The notes beneath the pieces are model-generated. The model saw only the letters and a list, made by a program, of their open reading frames with translations, did not search any database and was not told the DNA's origin. Of a DNA stretch of 64,000 nt, positions 1 through 11,111 are shown piece by piece. This stretch comes from Polaribacter sp. (lineage in GTDB: Bacteria > Pseudomonadota > Gammaproteobacteria > Enterobacterales > Kangiellaceae): positions 13,186 to 77,185 of the forward strand of contig JBLIBL010000003.1 of assembly GCA_047633355.1 (NCBI GenBank), written 5' to 3'. Both the position numbers and the translations under genes were made by a program. Each line of letters starts with the position of its first letter. Within the stretch, counting starts at the first letter, position 1.

Positions 1-56
1 GTATGGCCGCTTATTTGTTGAAGAATATTTTCACTAGATGGCATTGAGCAACCCCT

Positions 57-332
57 TCAATCCTTTTGGATCCGGTCTTTTTTGATCCAAAACTGATATG
101 GTAAGTTTTCAGTTTCTGTTGAAACTAAATCATGATCCATAAATTCACAAAATGAAGCTACATCTCTTTTGGTCGATGGATCGTCCGCTAGCACTAATAA
201 AACATCACCAGTGACCATTGAACGAATAGTTTTACGAATCATCATAACTGGCTCAGGACATCGCAATCCTTGAGCATCAAGTGTTTGAGTTTCTCTTATC
301 TTCAACTCAATCAATGAACTAGTATTTTTCAC
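57..332 (-). CDS. tusA: Sulfurtransferase TusA (SirA/YhhP family)
   Basis: 91 aa with the LRCPEPVMM active-site Cys motif. Resembles E. coli TusA end to end. Its start overlaps the rhlB stop by 14 nt. Confidence 0.85.
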   Translation of the reverse strand: MKNTSSLIELKIRETQTLDAQGLRCPEPVMMIRKTIRSMVTGDVLLVLADDPSTKRDVASFCEFMDHDLVSTETENLPYQFWIKKDRIQKD

Positions 333-1602
333 TGCGACTGTTATTATTTTTACTGTTTGGACGATTGCTATGTGAACGTCCAGCTTGTGGGCGTCCGCGT
401 TTATGGTAGGGCTTTTTTGCTGGGATTTTTATTTCAGGTAATAGCTCTTCAGTGACATCTAATAGCGGAATAGCGCGCCCAATATACTTTTCAATATCAG
501 GCAAATTAAATGCAGCATCTTCACAGGCGAATGAGATAGCAGAACCACTTGCACCTGCTCTGGCCGTTCGACCGATACGATGTACGTAGTCTTCAGCATC
601 ATCGGGCAAATCATAATTAAAAACATGACTGACCCCATCAATATGTAAGCCCCTAGCCGCTACATCGGTTGCTATCAATATTTCGATTTCACCAGACTTC
701 AACTCATCAATTAATCTCATACGTTTATTTTGTTGTACATCACCTGTCAGTAAACCTGCTTTATATCCATTTGCTTTTAAGCAGAGCCAAACATTTTCTG
801 ATTGTCTTTTAGTGTTTGAAAAAACAATTGATTTTGTCGGCCGAAGTTTTTGCATTAATCCGACTAGCAAAGGGAGCTTTTCTTTATTGGAAGGGTAATA
901 AAGGCTTTCTTCAATCTGCCCTGCAGTGATCGAGTCAGGTTCTACATGAATATGCGTAGGTGAATTCATGTGCTCATAGGCTAATTCCTTCACTCGATTT
1001 GATAAGGTCGCAGAAAATAACATATTTAATCTTTCTTTCGGCTTAGGCATTTTATTGAAAAAGTACCGAATATCATCAATAAAACCTAAATCAAACATTC
1101 GATCGGCTTCATCAAGAACAACGCAATCTAACGCGTAAAAATTATAAACCCCTTGCTTAAAATAGTCGAGCAAGCGTCCAGACGTTCCTACCAAAATATC
1201 GACACCGGATTGAATGCCTTCTTTTTGTTTAACATAATCAGCTCCACCAAAAGCAACCTGTAACTTAAGATCGGTGAATTGGGCTAAAATTTTGGCATCT
1301 TCGTAAATTTGAATCACTAGTTCACGAGTCGGAGCCATAATAAATGCTCTTGGTTCATTCTGTCGTCTATCTTCTACTTCTGGTAGAGTGAGTAACTCAT
1401 TTAATACTCCTAATAAAAAGGCATTGGTTTTTCCCGTACCAGTTTGAGCTTGTCCTGCAACGTCTTTTCCATCTAATAAAAGTGGGATAGCTTCAGCCTG
1501 AATAGGTGTTGCATACTCATAATTTAAAGCATCAAGTGCTTTTATCAAATCTTTATGTAACCCCATGGACTTAAATGAAGTAGTAGAAAGGTGAGTAACC
1601 AT
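319..1602 (-). CDS. rhlB: ATP-dependent DEAD-box RNA helicase RhlB
   Basis: 427 aa with AQTGTGKT (Walker A), DEAD, SAT and HRIGRTAR motifs and a basic C-terminal tail. Divergent from trxA-rho, as in enterics. Confidence 0.85.
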   Translation of the reverse strand: MVTHLSTTSFKSMGLHKDLIKALDALNYEYATPIQAEAIPLLLDGKDVAGQAQTGTGKTNAFLLGVLNELLTLPEVEDRRQNEPRAFIMAPTRELVIQIYEDAKILAQFTDLKLQVAFGGADYVKQKEGIQSGVDILVGTSGRLLDYFKQGVYNFYALDCVVLDEADRMFDLGFIDDIRYFFNKMPKPKERLNMLFSATLSNRVKELAYEHMNSPTHIHVEPDSITAGQIEESLYYPSNKEKLPLLVGLMQKLRPTKSIVFSNTKRQSENVWLCLKANGYKAGLLTGDVQQNKRMRLIDELKSGEIEILIATDVAARGLHIDGVSHVFNYDLPDDAEDYVHRIGRTARAGASGSAISFACEDAAFNLPDIEKYIGRAIPLLDVTEELLPEIKIPAKKPYHKRGRPQAGRSHSNRPNSKNNNSRSEKY

Positions 1603-1780
1603 AGATTTTTGAGCCTTTACCGTTTATGCGGGAAAATAACACTAAAAAATTATCGCTTAATTAGTTGCAACTTACATCATCTAATTGCAAAATAGATATA
1701 ATCCTATGATTAGTGTTAATCAACCAAAGTTTTAGTCGAAGGATCATAGCATAAAGGCTATTCAATTGACCTAGTCAACC

Positions 1781-1808
1781 TTGAAATAGCAATAAAAAGA
1801 CCTATAAA
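1781..1808 (+). promoter_or_regulatory. Candidate sigma70 promoter for trxA
   Basis: TTGAAA (1781-1786), a 16-nt spacer, then TATAAA (1803-1808), about 35 nt upstream of the trxA ATG. Confidence 0.4.
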
Positions 1809-1843
1809 TAAGTCACAATTAAACCTTTGGGAGGATATTAAGA

Positions 1844-2170
1844 ATGAGCGATCAAGTAATTCATTTAACAGATGCTAGTTTTGAAGCGGAAGTATTAAAA
1901 TCAGATTTACCAGTATTAGTTGATTTTTGGGCTGAGTGGTGTGGACCTTGTAAAATGATTGCACCCATTTTAGACGAGCTAGTCACCGAGTACGCTGGAA
2001 AAATTAAAATAGCTAAACTAAATATTGATGAAAACCAAGCAACAGCACCTCAATATGGTGTGCGCGGTATTCCAACACTTATATTAGTTAAAAATGGCAG
2101 TGTAGAAGCTCAACAAGTAGGCGCTGTTAGTAAATCTCAGCTAGCTGCTTTTATTGATAGCAATATATAA
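1844..2170 (+). CDS. trxA: Thioredoxin 1
   Basis: 108 aa with the WCGPCK redox motif. The GGAGG Shine-Dalgarno sequence lies upstream. Confidence 0.95.
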   Translation: MSDQVIHLTDASFEAEVLKSDLPVLVDFWAEWCGPCKMIAPILDELVTEYAGKIKIAKLNIDENQATAPQYGVRGIPTLILVKNGSVEAQQVGAVSKSQLAAFIDSNI

Positions 2171-2710
2171 GACCTAGTGCTTTTAAGAGATAGCCTTTTT
2201 GGCTGTGCTTTACGGCCAAGTATCCAAGGGTTAGGGGGAATAAGATATTAGTGAGTTTGAAATGAATACGTCAATTTAGCATTCATTATTTAAACTCAAG
2301 CTAGTTTTCTTCTGACTTCTACCCATTTGGACGCTTTTTATCCAATAAAGTAAGATTTCGAAGCTAAAAATTGGACAAGCTTCATTTTTAGTGCTATTTT
2401 TTATTACATCGATGTGCAACTTCCCTGTACAAATCCAAAAAATTAAAACTAAATAAAAAACTAAGTAAAAGTATTATACAAATTAGATACGAATAAACGT
2501 AAAAAAATAATTTTACTTAAAACCCTTTTTAAAAATACAAACGAAACTCCCATTAAATCAAACTGAAGAAAATACCCTACGACAGAATAACAATTTGATA
2601 TTTTACTTGTGCTAGATTTTTACAATCTAAAAATAACTTGTTCAGTTATCCGTAGTGAATAATCAATTATTTTTTGTTATACCTAAAAACCAACCAACAA
2701 GAACCCATCT
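2171..2710 (+). promoter_or_regulatory. Long A/C-rich, G-poor rho leader (putative rut-like autoregulatory attenuator region)
   Basis: 540-bp spacer with no ORF. The last ~300 nt are visibly depleted in G and rich in A/C (e.g. AAACCAACCAACAAGAACCCATCT just before the ATG). Confidence 0.4.
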
Positions 2711-3979
2711 ATGAATCTTTCCGAAATTAAACTTCTCCCCATAACCAAATTAACAGAAATGGCAAAAGAAAAAGGCCTCGACAATGTTGCAAGAATGCGC
2801 AAACAAGATATATTATTTGCTATTTTGAAAGGGCATGCAAAAAGTGGAGAAGATATTTTTGGTGATGGCGTTTTAGAAATACTCCCGGATGGTTTTGGAT
2901 TTCTGCGAAATGCTAATTCTTCATATCTAGCTGGACCTGATGATATATACGTATCACCAAGTCAAATTAGACGCTTTAGTTTACGTACTGGAGATACCAT
3001 ATCTGGAAAAATTAGACCACCAAAGCACGGTGAGCGTTACTTTGCTTTACTCAAAATTAACGAAATTAATTTTGATAGTCCAGAAAATGCGCGTAATAAA
3101 ATTTTGTTTGAAAATTTAACACCACTTCACCCAGATGAAAGAATGGTGATGCAACGCGGAAATGGTTCAAGCGAAGATTTAACCGCTAGAATTATTGACC
3201 TTGCTTCTCCTATCGGAAAAGGGCAAAGAGGCTTGTTAGTCTCTCCGCCAAAAGCAGGTAAAACTATGATGATGCAAAACATTGCACAATCTATTGCCGC
3301 TAATCATCCAGATTGTCTTTTAATTGTTTTACTGATTGATGAACGTCCAGAAGAAGTGACAGAAATGGAAAGAACTGTTCGCGGTGAAGTGGTTGCATCT
3401 ACCTTTGATGAACCAGCAAGTCGCCATGTGCAAGTTGCCGAAATGGTCATTGAAAAAGCAAAACGTTTAGTTGAGCACAAAAAAGATGTCATTATTTTAT
3501 TAGATTCTATTACGCGTTTGGCAAGAGCATACAACACAGTTATTCCATCATCAGGAAAAGTATTAACCGGTGGTGTTGATGCCAACGCATTGCAAAGACC
3601 AAAACGATTTTTTGGTGCAGCCAGAAATATTGAAGAAGGTGGCAGCTTAACCATTATTGCAACGGCGTTAGTTGATACTGGCTCAAAAATGGATGAAGTT
3701 ATCTACGAAGAATTTAAAGGAACCGGTAATCTTGAATTACATTTAGACAGAAAAATGGCAGAAAAAAGAGTCTTTCCAGCAATCAACTTTAACCGAAGTG
3801 GTACGCGAAAAGAAGAGTTATTAACTAACGCAGAAGAACTACAAAAAATGTGGATCTTAAGAAAAATATTGCATCCGATGCATGAAACTGAAGCAATGGA
3901 GTTTTTAATTGATAAATTAGCCTTATCAAAAACTAATGATGAGTTTTTTGATTCCATGAAGCAGCGTGGTAAAAATTAG
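2711..3979 (+). CDS. rho: Transcription termination factor Rho
   Basis: 422 aa with an N-terminal RNA-binding domain (GFGFLR), Walker A PPKAGKT, and [10 protein letters not shown]. Confidence 0.97.
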   Translation: MNLSEIKLLPITKLTEMAKEKGLDNVARMRKQDILFAILKGHAKSGEDIFGDGVLEILPDGFGFLRNANSSYLAGPDDIYVSPSQIRRFSLRTGDTISGKIRPPKHGERYFALLKINEINFDSPENARNKILFENLTPLHPDERMVMQRGNGSSEDLTARIIDLASPIGKGQRGLLVSPPKAGKTMMMQNIAQSIAANHPDCLLIVLLIDERPEEVTEMERTVRGEVVASTFDEPASRHVQVAEMVIEKAKRLVEHKKDVIILLDSITRLARAYNTVIPSSGKVLTGGVDANALQRPKRFFGAARNIEEGGSLTIIATALVDTGSKMDEVIYEEFKGTGNLELHLDRKMAEKRVFPAINFNRSGTRKEELLTNAEELQKMWILRKILHPMHETEAMEFLIDKLALSKTNDEFFDSMKQRGKN

Positions 3980-4101
3980 AATATGTTTTCAAGATTATCT
4001 CGAAAACATAAAGTCAAAAGAGTTTCACAACGGAGACTCAATACACGTTGCGCCTCTGTTGTTAATAAGTTTGTTAATTTTTTCTTGGTAAGCAACTATT
4101 A

Positions 4102-5583
4102 ATGTTTAATCCATCGGTAAAATACAAAGATCTTAGAGAGTTTTTAGATCATCTTGAAAAAAAAGGTGATTTAAAACGTATTACTCAAGAGATCGACCCT
4201 AACTTAGAAATGACTGAGATTTCAGATCGCGTTTTGAAAGCAGACGGTCCGGCACTATTATTTGAAAATCCGAAAGGATTTAATACACCCGTTTTAACTA
4301 ACTTATTCGGATCTGAACGCAGAGTAGCAGCCGCCATGGGTTGTGAGTCAACTAATCAATTACGAGATGTTGGAAAATTATTAGCATTTTTAAAAGAGCC
4401 GGAACCTCCCGCAGGTTTGAAAGATGCATGGGATAAGGCACCTCTTTTTAAAAAAGTGCTTGATATGGCAACAAAGGAAATAAAGAAGCCAAATTGCCAA
4501 CATACAATAATTGAAAAAGATGATGTTGATCTCAGCCAAATACCTATTCAAACCTGTTGGCCAGGAGACGTCGCTCCACTAATTACTTGGGGCTTAGTGA
4601 TTACAAAAGGTCCTGAAAAAAAACGTCAGAATTTAGGAATATATCGCCAACAAGTGATCGGGAAAAATCGTGTGATTATGCGTTGGTTATCTCATAGAGG
4701 CGGGGCTCTTGATTTTAAAGAGTGGAAAGACAAATATCCAGGAGAACCTTTTCCAATTAGTGTGGCGTTAGGGGCTGATCCCGCCACTATTTTAGCCGCG
4801 GTTACACCGATCCCAGATACACTCTCAGAATATGCTTTTGCGGGGCTTTTACGCGGTGAAAAAACCAAAGTAGCAGACTGCTTAAGTAATAATTTACAAG
4901 TGCCGGCATCAGCAGAATATGTGCTGGAAGGATTTATTTATCCCAATGATATGGCGGAAGAAGGCCCTTATGGTGACCACACTGGCTATTATAATGAAGT
5001 AGAGACCTTCCCAGTTTTCACTATTGAAAAAATCACTCACCGTAAAGACCCAATTTACCATTCAACTTACACCGGCAGACCTCCAGATGAGCCTGCAATA
5101 TTGGGTGTTGCGCTTAATGAAGTGTTTATCCCTTTATTGCAAAAGCAATATCCAGAAATAGTCGACTTTTACTTACCGCCAGAAGGCTGCTCATATCGTA
5201 TGGCTGTTGTGACGATCAAAAAACAATACCCAGGTCATGCAAAAAGAATCATGATGGGCGTTTGGAGTTTTCTACGACAATTTATGTACACCAAATTTGT
5301 CATAGTGACTGATGATGATGTTAATGCAAGAGACTGGAATGATGTTATTTGGGCGTTAACGACTCGGGTTGACCCAACCCGAGATACGACACTTATAGAC
5401 CATACACCGATAGATTATTTGGATTTTGCGTCTCCTGTTTCTGGCTTAGGCTCAAAAATGGGGATTGATGCAACCAGTAAATGGGAAGGCGAAACCACAA
5501 GAGAATGGGGTACAGCCATCATAAAAGACCTAACAATTACCAAAAAAATTGATCAACTTTGGGATGAGTTAGGTTTAGACTAG
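4102..5583 (+). CDS. ubiD: 4-hydroxy-3-polyprenylbenzoate decarboxylase UbiD
   Basis: 493 aa, near-collinear with E. coli UbiD ([46 protein letters not shown]). Confidence 0.95.
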   Translation: MFNPSVKYKDLREFLDHLEKKGDLKRITQEIDPNLEMTEISDRVLKADGPALLFENPKGFNTPVLTNLFGSERRVAAAMGCESTNQLRDVGKLLAFLKEPEPPAGLKDAWDKAPLFKKVLDMATKEIKKPNCQHTIIEKDDVDLSQIPIQTCWPGDVAPLITWGLVITKGPEKKRQNLGIYRQQVIGKNRVIMRWLSHRGGALDFKEWKDKYPGEPFPISVALGADPATILAAVTPIPDTLSEYAFAGLLRGEKTKVADCLSNNLQVPASAEYVLEGFIYPNDMAEEGPYGDHTGYYNEVETFPVFTIEKITHRKDPIYHSTYTGRPPDEPAILGVALNEVFIPLLQKQYPEIVDFYLPPEGCSYRMAVVTIKKQYPGHAKRIMMGVWSFLRQFMYTKFVIVTDDDVNARDWNDVIWALTTRVDPTRDTTLIDHTPIDYLDFASPVSGLGSKMGIDATSKWEGETTREWGTAIIKDLTITKKIDQLWDELGLD

Positions 5584-5664
5584 AAACAGATTTAGACTAG
5601 AATCATATTAATTCAAACAGATGAAAGAATCGTTATCTAAGTTTTCATCTAAAAAGATAAAACT

Positions 5665-5712
5665 TAGTACTTAGAAAACATTGTACCTAGAAAGCATAGT
5701 ACTTAGAAAACA
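5665..5712. repeat. Three tandem 16-bp units upstream of fre
   Basis: TAGTACTTAGAAAACA (5665-5680), TTGTACCTAGAAAGCA (5681-5696), TAGTACTTAGAAAACA (5697-5712). The outer copies are identical. The array ends 15 nt before the fre ATG. Confidence 0.8.
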
Positions 5713-5727
5713 CAGGACAAAATCATC

Positions 5728-6453
5728 ATGGCTGAATATTGTTGTAGAACAACTGACATTACACCTTTGAATGAACAAATTCATCGTATCCGTTTTATGC
5801 CGGACGATAAAGCACTCTTTGAGTTTCAGGGTGGTCAATATATTATTTTACACATGCCGGATGGAAAACGAGTACCTTTGTCTATTGCGAGTGCGCCAGA
5901 AGAAACTGATTTCATTGAGCTGCATATACGTGTAGTTGAGGGTCACTCTCTCGCTCAGGATATGTTAGATTTATTTGAAAATGCTGAAAGTTTTCAATTG
6001 GAGGGAACATTTGGTGGTTGTTTTTTAAATGATAGTCCCAGAGATTTAGTGATCATTGCAGGTGGAACAGGTTTTTCTCCTATGAAAAGTATGATCGAAA
6101 GCGCATTTTCGAGCCAAAGTGACCGAAATATCGAACTCTATTTAGGCGCTCAAGTGATTAATGATTTATACCAGCACGATATGATTAACGACTGGCAAGC
6201 TAATAATACTCATTTTACATATGTACCTGTTATTTCTGGTGGCGATGAAAACTGGAAAGGAGCAACTGGATTTCCCCATGAAGCCGCAATGCAATGTGAC
6301 GAAAAAGAGTTAGTCGAAAAAGACTTTTACATCAGTGGATCCGAAGCAATGGTTGTTGCGGTTTATAACTCCTTAAAAGGTAAAGGCGTTGATAAATCTC
6401 AAATTCATTCAGATATATTGAATATTAAGCGTGAGAAGGGTGAGATTGAATAA
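5728..6453 (+). CDS. fre: NAD(P)H-flavin reductase Fre
   Basis: 241 aa ferredoxin-NADP reductase fold (RPLSIAS-like RVPLSIAS, IAGGTGFSP). The ubiD-fre adjacency matches E. coli. Confidence 0.85.
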   Translation: MAEYCCRTTDITPLNEQIHRIRFMPDDKALFEFQGGQYIILHMPDGKRVPLSIASAPEETDFIELHIRVVEGHSLAQDMLDLFENAESFQLEGTFGGCFLNDSPRDLVIIAGGTGFSPMKSMIESAFSSQSDRNIELYLGAQVINDLYQHDMINDWQANNTHFTYVPVISGGDENWKGATGFPHEAAMQCDEKELVEKDFYISGSEAMVVAVYNSLKGKGVDKSQIHSDILNIKREKGEIE

Positions 6454-6470
6454 TATTCAATCGCTGTTTA

Positions 6471-7113
6471 CTAATTCGCTAACACCGTCCGACCTTTTGC
6501 CCAATCTCTAAGCGCTTGAACTTTCTCAGCCATCACTACGGAAATAGGATGAGTCTGTTCAATGGTTTCTTTAACTGAATTTGTAGTCATTGGAGTGCCT
6601 TCTGCATAAGCTCGGTATAACGCAGAAACAACCGCTTGTTCAATTTCTGAACCTGTAAATCCTTCACTTGCTCCAGCTAAAATATCGAGATCAAATTTAT
6701 CTACGCTTTGTTTTCGTCTGGATAAACGAATGGCAAAAATATCTTTTCTTGATGCTGAGTCAGGCAAATCTACGAAAAATATTTCATCTAATCGGCCTTT
6801 TCGCATTAATTCAGGAGGTAATTTACTGATGTCATTTGCGGTGGCTACAATAAAGACTTGATGGGTATTTTCTGCCATCCAAGTTAACAATGTCGCGAGT
6901 ATTCTTTGTGAGGTTCCGCCATCGCCACTTGAAAGACCCTTTTCTATTTTATCTAGCCACAAAACACATGGCGACATTAACTTAGGCCATTTTTAATGCT
7001 TCACGCAGGTTTTTTTTAGACTCTCCATGAAATTTATTATAAAGAGCACCAAAGTCTAATCTTAATAAAGCAAGCCCCCACATACCCGCAACGGTTTCAG
7101 TTTGACCGCTCAT
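6471..7113 (-). pseudogene. Truncated and disrupted AAA+ ATPase remnant
   Basis: Two pieces in different frames. Piece 7113..6982 reads ...WGLALLRLDFGALYNKFHGESKKNLREALKMA*. Piece 6977..6471 reads MSPCVLWLDKIEKG...ATANDISKLPPELMRKGRLDEIFFVDLP. No Walker A segment is present, and Walker B reads DKIEK instead of DEIEK. Confidence 0.75.
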
Positions 7114-7238
7114 TTTATTTCTCTATTTACATCCATAACGACCACAAATTGATCATTACTTGTTCTATATCAGAATATTAACGATAATAGACTAATATTA
7201 TTACTAAGTCTTAATCATGTCTTCAAGAAGAATTTAAA

Positions 7239-7877
7239 ATGCGACAAATTTCTCCCATTGACCAAATAATTAGTGTTGCTGATAACGCATTAAGAACGCT
7301 GTTTGGCGGTTATCAGGTGACCGAAAGAGACAATCCATCAAGTAAGCTAGATGAAGATGATTTAGAGCAAAAAGAAAAAAAACATTCTGCAGGGTTAATG
7401 CGCATCAACCATTGCGGAGAAGTCTGCGCCCAAGCTCTCTATCAAGGGCAAGCATTTACAGCAAAACTACCAGAAGTTAGAGAAAAAATGGAAGAGGCCG
7501 CCGCGGAAGAGAACGATCATTTGCAGTGGTGCTCAGATAGATTAAAGCAACTAGACAGCCATACCAGTATTTTCAACCCTCTTTGGTATATAAGCTCATT
7601 TTCAATTGGCGCAGTGGCAGGTTTAATGGGTGATAAATGGAGTTTAGGTTTTGTCGCAGAAACCGAATATCAAGTCGTAAGGCATTTAGAAAGCCACTTA
7701 ATCAGCCTGCCTGAAAATGACATTAAAAGCCGAAAAATCATAGAGCAAATGAAAGAAGATGAACTTCATCACGCGACCCTTGCTATTGAAGCTGGTGGAG
7801 CTAAATTACCAAAAGCCGTTAAGGTATTGATGGAAGGAATGGCTAAGGTGATGACTAAGAGTGTTTATTGGGTTTAG
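7239..7877 (+). CDS. coq7: Demethoxyubiquinone hydroxylase, Coq7 di-iron family
   Basis: 212 aa with paired di-iron motifs (MRINHCGEVCAQALYQGQ, EENDHLQW, AETEYQVVRHL, EDELHH). Confidence 0.85.
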   Translation: MRQISPIDQIISVADNALRTLFGGYQVTERDNPSSKLDEDDLEQKEKKHSAGLMRINHCGEVCAQALYQGQAFTAKLPEVREKMEEAAAEENDHLQWCSDRLKQLDSHTSIFNPLWYISSFSIGAVAGLMGDKWSLGFVAETEYQVVRHLESHLISLPENDIKSRKIIEQMKEDELHHATLAIEAGGAKLPKAVKVLMEGMAKVMTKSVYWV

Positions 7878-7889
7878 ATAATAAATCAC

Positions 7890-9683
7890 TTAAAATTCAA
7901 AAATAACAGGATATTTTAAATATTCTTGATCATAATATTTAGACTGCTGATAAATCCATTCCATTTGTTTCGTTGAGTCTTTTGCAAATTCTTTATCATC
8001 TTGTTTTCTTTTTTCAAAAATATTTTTTAACTTTGGATTTTCTGCGAACAATTTTTTTGCCAATGGAATCAAAACATAGGACTCAATGTATTCAGTCCTC
8101 TGAAAAATACTATTAAAGTATCCCCATGCAAAAAACGAATCAGTCGCTCTAGGATCTAATAACGCAACGGCTAAGTGACCAAGTGGTTGGTTAGTTTTTA
8201 CTTCAACACTATATTCTGGTAAAACAAATTTATTAGACGTTTCGGAAAAACTCGCTTTAGGCATTTGTCGTCCTTCAAAAGGTACTGCTGCAAATTCAAA
8301 ATCTTCAACGCATAATTGGTTACCTTTTATAACCTTTTTTTCTTTATGCAATACCATCTCAATTCCATGAGACTTTAATTTTTCAATTACGGTATAATAT
8401 TGAGCAGGTATCCAATAAGATTGGGGTATGCTGACTGTATCTTTTGCTTTATTCATCCAAACAATAGGTAAATCTATATAGAGTTTATTTGTTCCTAACC
8501 AATCTATATATTTTAAACCCGTTAATGGATCGGTTTTTTGTCGATAATCAATTCCCATAAAATCCATTGAGGTAGGGTTTTCTTGATTCATATCCCACGA
8601 GACTATGAGCTCGTCAACCTTTCTTGAATTGTCTTTTTTAGTTGCTTTAATTAGCCCCTGACCTTTTTCTGCAAGAATTTTTAAAGTCTCTTCTATAAAG
8701 ATATAAGTACCAAGTACTCTTTGCTTGTATGGTTTAAGTGAGTGGTTTTCGACCAGCACCGTTGCTAAATGTCGGTAATCACCATAGCCATTTGAAAATC
8801 TAGGAGATGCTGTCCAACCTACAATTCCTTTGCTAAAATCCATAGAATCGATACCAAAAGTTAATGGTCCACCTAAATGTCCATTAGTTTCTAAGGTTGT
8901 ATCTATTTGAGGTTTTAGATTTTCGCTTAACCATTTTGAGATGGAAGGTGATGCGCCATAAGAAGTATTAAAACCATAAGTAATGTCATACTGATAATCC
9001 TCACCATCAGTCACATGAACATCATAATAAAGATCCGGTTTCCATTCATTAATGGTTTTAATCAAAGCTTTTAATTCTAGTGTTTCTAGCTTTGTATAAT
9101 CACGATTAAGATTTAAATTTTCTGCGCTAGTGCGCCAGCCCATATTAGTTGGCCCGCGTTGATTCACTCGATTAAAAGCAGAAATTTTTTCATGCCCATC
9201 AACGCTTAAAATAGGCACAAATAACCAGTTTACTTTTTCCAGTAATTTTTCTTTGCCGCCATAAATAATGTCTCTTAAAAGCATTAACCCAGCATCTTTC
9301 CCATCGATCTCGCCAGAATGAATACCCGCTTGAACTAAGAGGGTTGGCTTTCCATTGTTTCTCAATTCAGTCGAAGTAGAAATTCCGTCACTGCTAGCAA
9401 TAACCATCCAAATATCTCTTCCTTGTGGACTTTTACCAATTGATATTTTATTAAGTCTTTGATCACTAGCAACTAATTTATCCAGATATTTGAAAGTTTC
9501 CTTGTAATTGGGTGTTGAGATTAAATTCAATTTTTCAGAAGGTGTCTGCCATGGGTTACTTGAACTTTGAATTAAGTGTTCGCTTTTACCATGCCAATCA
9601 TCTATAGGCGGTAATAGAGATACGTCTGCTACTATAGGTTGACAAAATATTATTAGAGTTAGAGGCAGAAAAAAAAATTTCAT
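7890..9683 (-). CDS. Secreted M14-family zinc carboxypeptidase-like protein
   Basis: 597 aa with an N-terminal signal peptide and GIHSGEIDGKDAG, which resembles the HxxE zinc site of the M14 family. Lies 36 nt downstream of cpxA on the same strand. Confidence 0.65.
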   Translation of the reverse strand: MKFFFLPLTLIIFCQPIVADVSLLPPIDDWHGKSEHLIQSSSNPWQTPSEKLNLISTPNYKETFKYLDKLVASDQRLNKISIGKSPQGRDIWMVIASSDGISTSTELRNNGKPTLLVQAGIHSGEIDGKDAGLMLLRDIIYGGKEKLLEKVNWLFVPILSVDGHEKISAFNRVNQRGPTNMGWRTSAENLNLNRDYTKLETLELKALIKTINEWKPDLYYDVHVTDGEDYQYDITYGFNTSYGASPSISKWLSENLKPQIDTTLETNGHLGGPLTFGIDSMDFSKGIVGWTASPRFSNGYGDYRHLATVLVENHSLKPYKQRVLGTYIFIEETLKILAEKGQGLIKATKKDNSRKVDELIVSWDMNQENPTSMDFMGIDYRQKTDPLTGLKYIDWLGTNKLYIDLPIVWMNKAKDTVSIPQSYWIPAQYYTVIEKLKSHGIEMVLHKEKKVIKGNQLCVEDFEFAAVPFEGRQMPKASFSETSNKFVLPEYSVEVKTNQPLGHLAVALLDPRATDSFFAWGYFNSIFQRTEYIESYVLIPLAKKLFAENPKLKNIFEKRKQDDKEFAKDSTKQMEWIYQQSKYYDQEYLKYPVIFEF

Positions 9684-9719
9684 TAAGGGTCTCTTGGGGT
9701 TATTTGTTTCTTAACGATG

Positions 9720-11111
9720 TTAAGAGGGCAAGTCTATCACTATTCTCAGTCCTTGTGGGTAAACCGATTCTGCTCTTATTTGTCCATGATGAATTGAAAT
9801 GGCTTTAGATGCTATTGATAACCCTAACCCCACACCGCCAGTATCTCTAGAACGGTCAACTTGTGGCCGATAGAAAGCATCAAATATTTTTTTTAATTCA
9901 TTCGATTCAACACCACAACCATCATCTTCGATTGTGATATTAATAGAGTTCTTTTCAAGGTGTACACTAATACTGATTAACTTATTGGCATAGCGAATAG
10001 AATTTCTTAATAAATTTTCAATGCCACTTAATAAAATGCTTTCAACCCCTAACAGGTAAATGGATGGCTGAATCTCTCTTTTAATTATTAATCCTTTTGG
10101 CTCAGCCTCAAATTCAGCATCTTCAGTTAGTTTATTAAGAGAGTCACTGAGATTAAATTTTGATTCTGTCTGAGTTTCAGAAGTGTCATCGAGTCTGGCG
10201 TAATCCAGTAAACTAGTAATCATAGACTCCAGCCTTTTACCTTCCAATTTGATTCTCTGGATGGACTTATGATCTTTTGATAAAGCATTTTCTGCCAGTG
10301 CTACGGCTATTTTTTGCCTAGCTAATGGCGATCTTAATTCATGTGATACATCACTAAGCAGACGATTCTTGGTTTGAATGACTGAATTTAAATGCTCCGC
10401 GAAATTATTCAAAGCTACCGCCAGATCACCAAATTCATCGGTTCGTTTTGTCATCTTTATTAATTGATGGTTGTTTTTTAAATTGCGAATTAAATCCAGC
10501 GATGCTTTTTGCAATTGACTTATAGGACGATTAAAAAACCAAGCGATTAGAAAGCTAATAGGGAAACTGACGACAAAAGTTATAAATACTAATTTTTTGG
10601 TAAACTCCTTGATTAATAAACCAAAATAGCCTTGACTAAATAGAGGAACTTTTTGATGGAAGTATATTTTATAGACTTTATTATTAAGCTTGATGTTTGT
10701 GCCGCCGATATAATGACTTTCTTTTTTGAAAGCTAATAGTATGTGATGTCTATACAAAACTTGATGGTGTAGTTGCAATAGGATTTCAGGAATGTTTTTT
10801 CCAAAATACTCATCCCCTTCTTTATCAATCAAAAACGTATTTTTAAGTAGTCTGTTTGCTCTTAGGGGAATTCTAGAATTGCCCTTTAAAAGGTATTTCA
10901 ATTTGTTTTTTCTGAAATTTAATTGTTCAAGATGATGTGGCGGTACTGGACGAAATCTTACATCATCGGTATTGGTTTGAATAATAATCAAATTTAAAAT
11001 AAATATAGAAAAAAACACAAGCCAGAGTGAAAGTAATATTTTCCAAAATAAACGAAATCTCAATTTTGATAGAATGCGAGTCAAGTTATTTGCTTCCACG
11101 CGCGCCAGCAT
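9720..11111 (-). CDS. cpxA: Envelope-stress sensor histidine kinase, CpxA-like
   Basis: 463 aa with two TM segments, a HAMP domain, the H-box LLSDVSHELRSPL, and G-boxes DDGCGV / GGVGLGLSI. Overlaps cpxR by 26 nt. Confidence 0.75.
   Translation of the reverse strand: MLARVEANNLTRILSKLRFRLFWKILLSLWLVFFSIFILNLIIIQTNTDDVRFRPVPPHHLEQLNFRKNKLKYLLKGNSRIPLRANRLLKNTFLIDKEGDEYFGKNIPEILLQLHHQVLYRHHILLAFKKESHYIGGTNIKLNNKVYKIYFHQKVPLFSQGYFGLLIKEFTKKLVFITFVVSFPISFLIAWFFNRPISQLQKASLDLIRNLKNNHQLIKMTKRTDEFGDLAVALNNFAEHLNSVIQTKNRLLSDVSHELRSPLARQKIAVALAENALSKDHKSIQRIKLEGKRLESMITSLLDYARLDDTSETQTESKFNLSDSLNKLTEDAEFEAEPKGLIIKREIQPSIYLLGVESILLSGIENLLRNSIRYANKLISISVHLEKNSINITIEDDGCGVESNELKKIFDAFYRPQVDRSRDTGGVGLGLSIASKAISIHHGQIRAESVYPQGLRIVIDLPS

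Noticed and set aside
3304-3957. Antisense ORFs inside rho (116 aa and 84 aa)
   Set aside because: They lie fully within a highly conserved gene on the opposite strand, with no independent signals. They are typical shadow ORFs. The same applies to 459-641, 11312-11512, 13795-14028, 14262-14525, 15416-15631, 22149-22367, 23178-23414, 25740-25934, 28111-28540, 37701-38209, 44530-44748, 52099-52293, 54752-55251, 55489-55701, 56923-57195, 57701-57928, 59632-59820, 60413-60628 and 60922-61194.
5301-5316. 14-nt identity (ATAGTGACTGATGA) between the ubiD coding sequence and the IS left junction at 62161-62174
   Set aside because: In ubiD it encodes the conserved [10 protein letters not shown] block, in frame. 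There is no palindrome partner or IS end nearby. It is judged a coincidence, but could be rechecked statistically.
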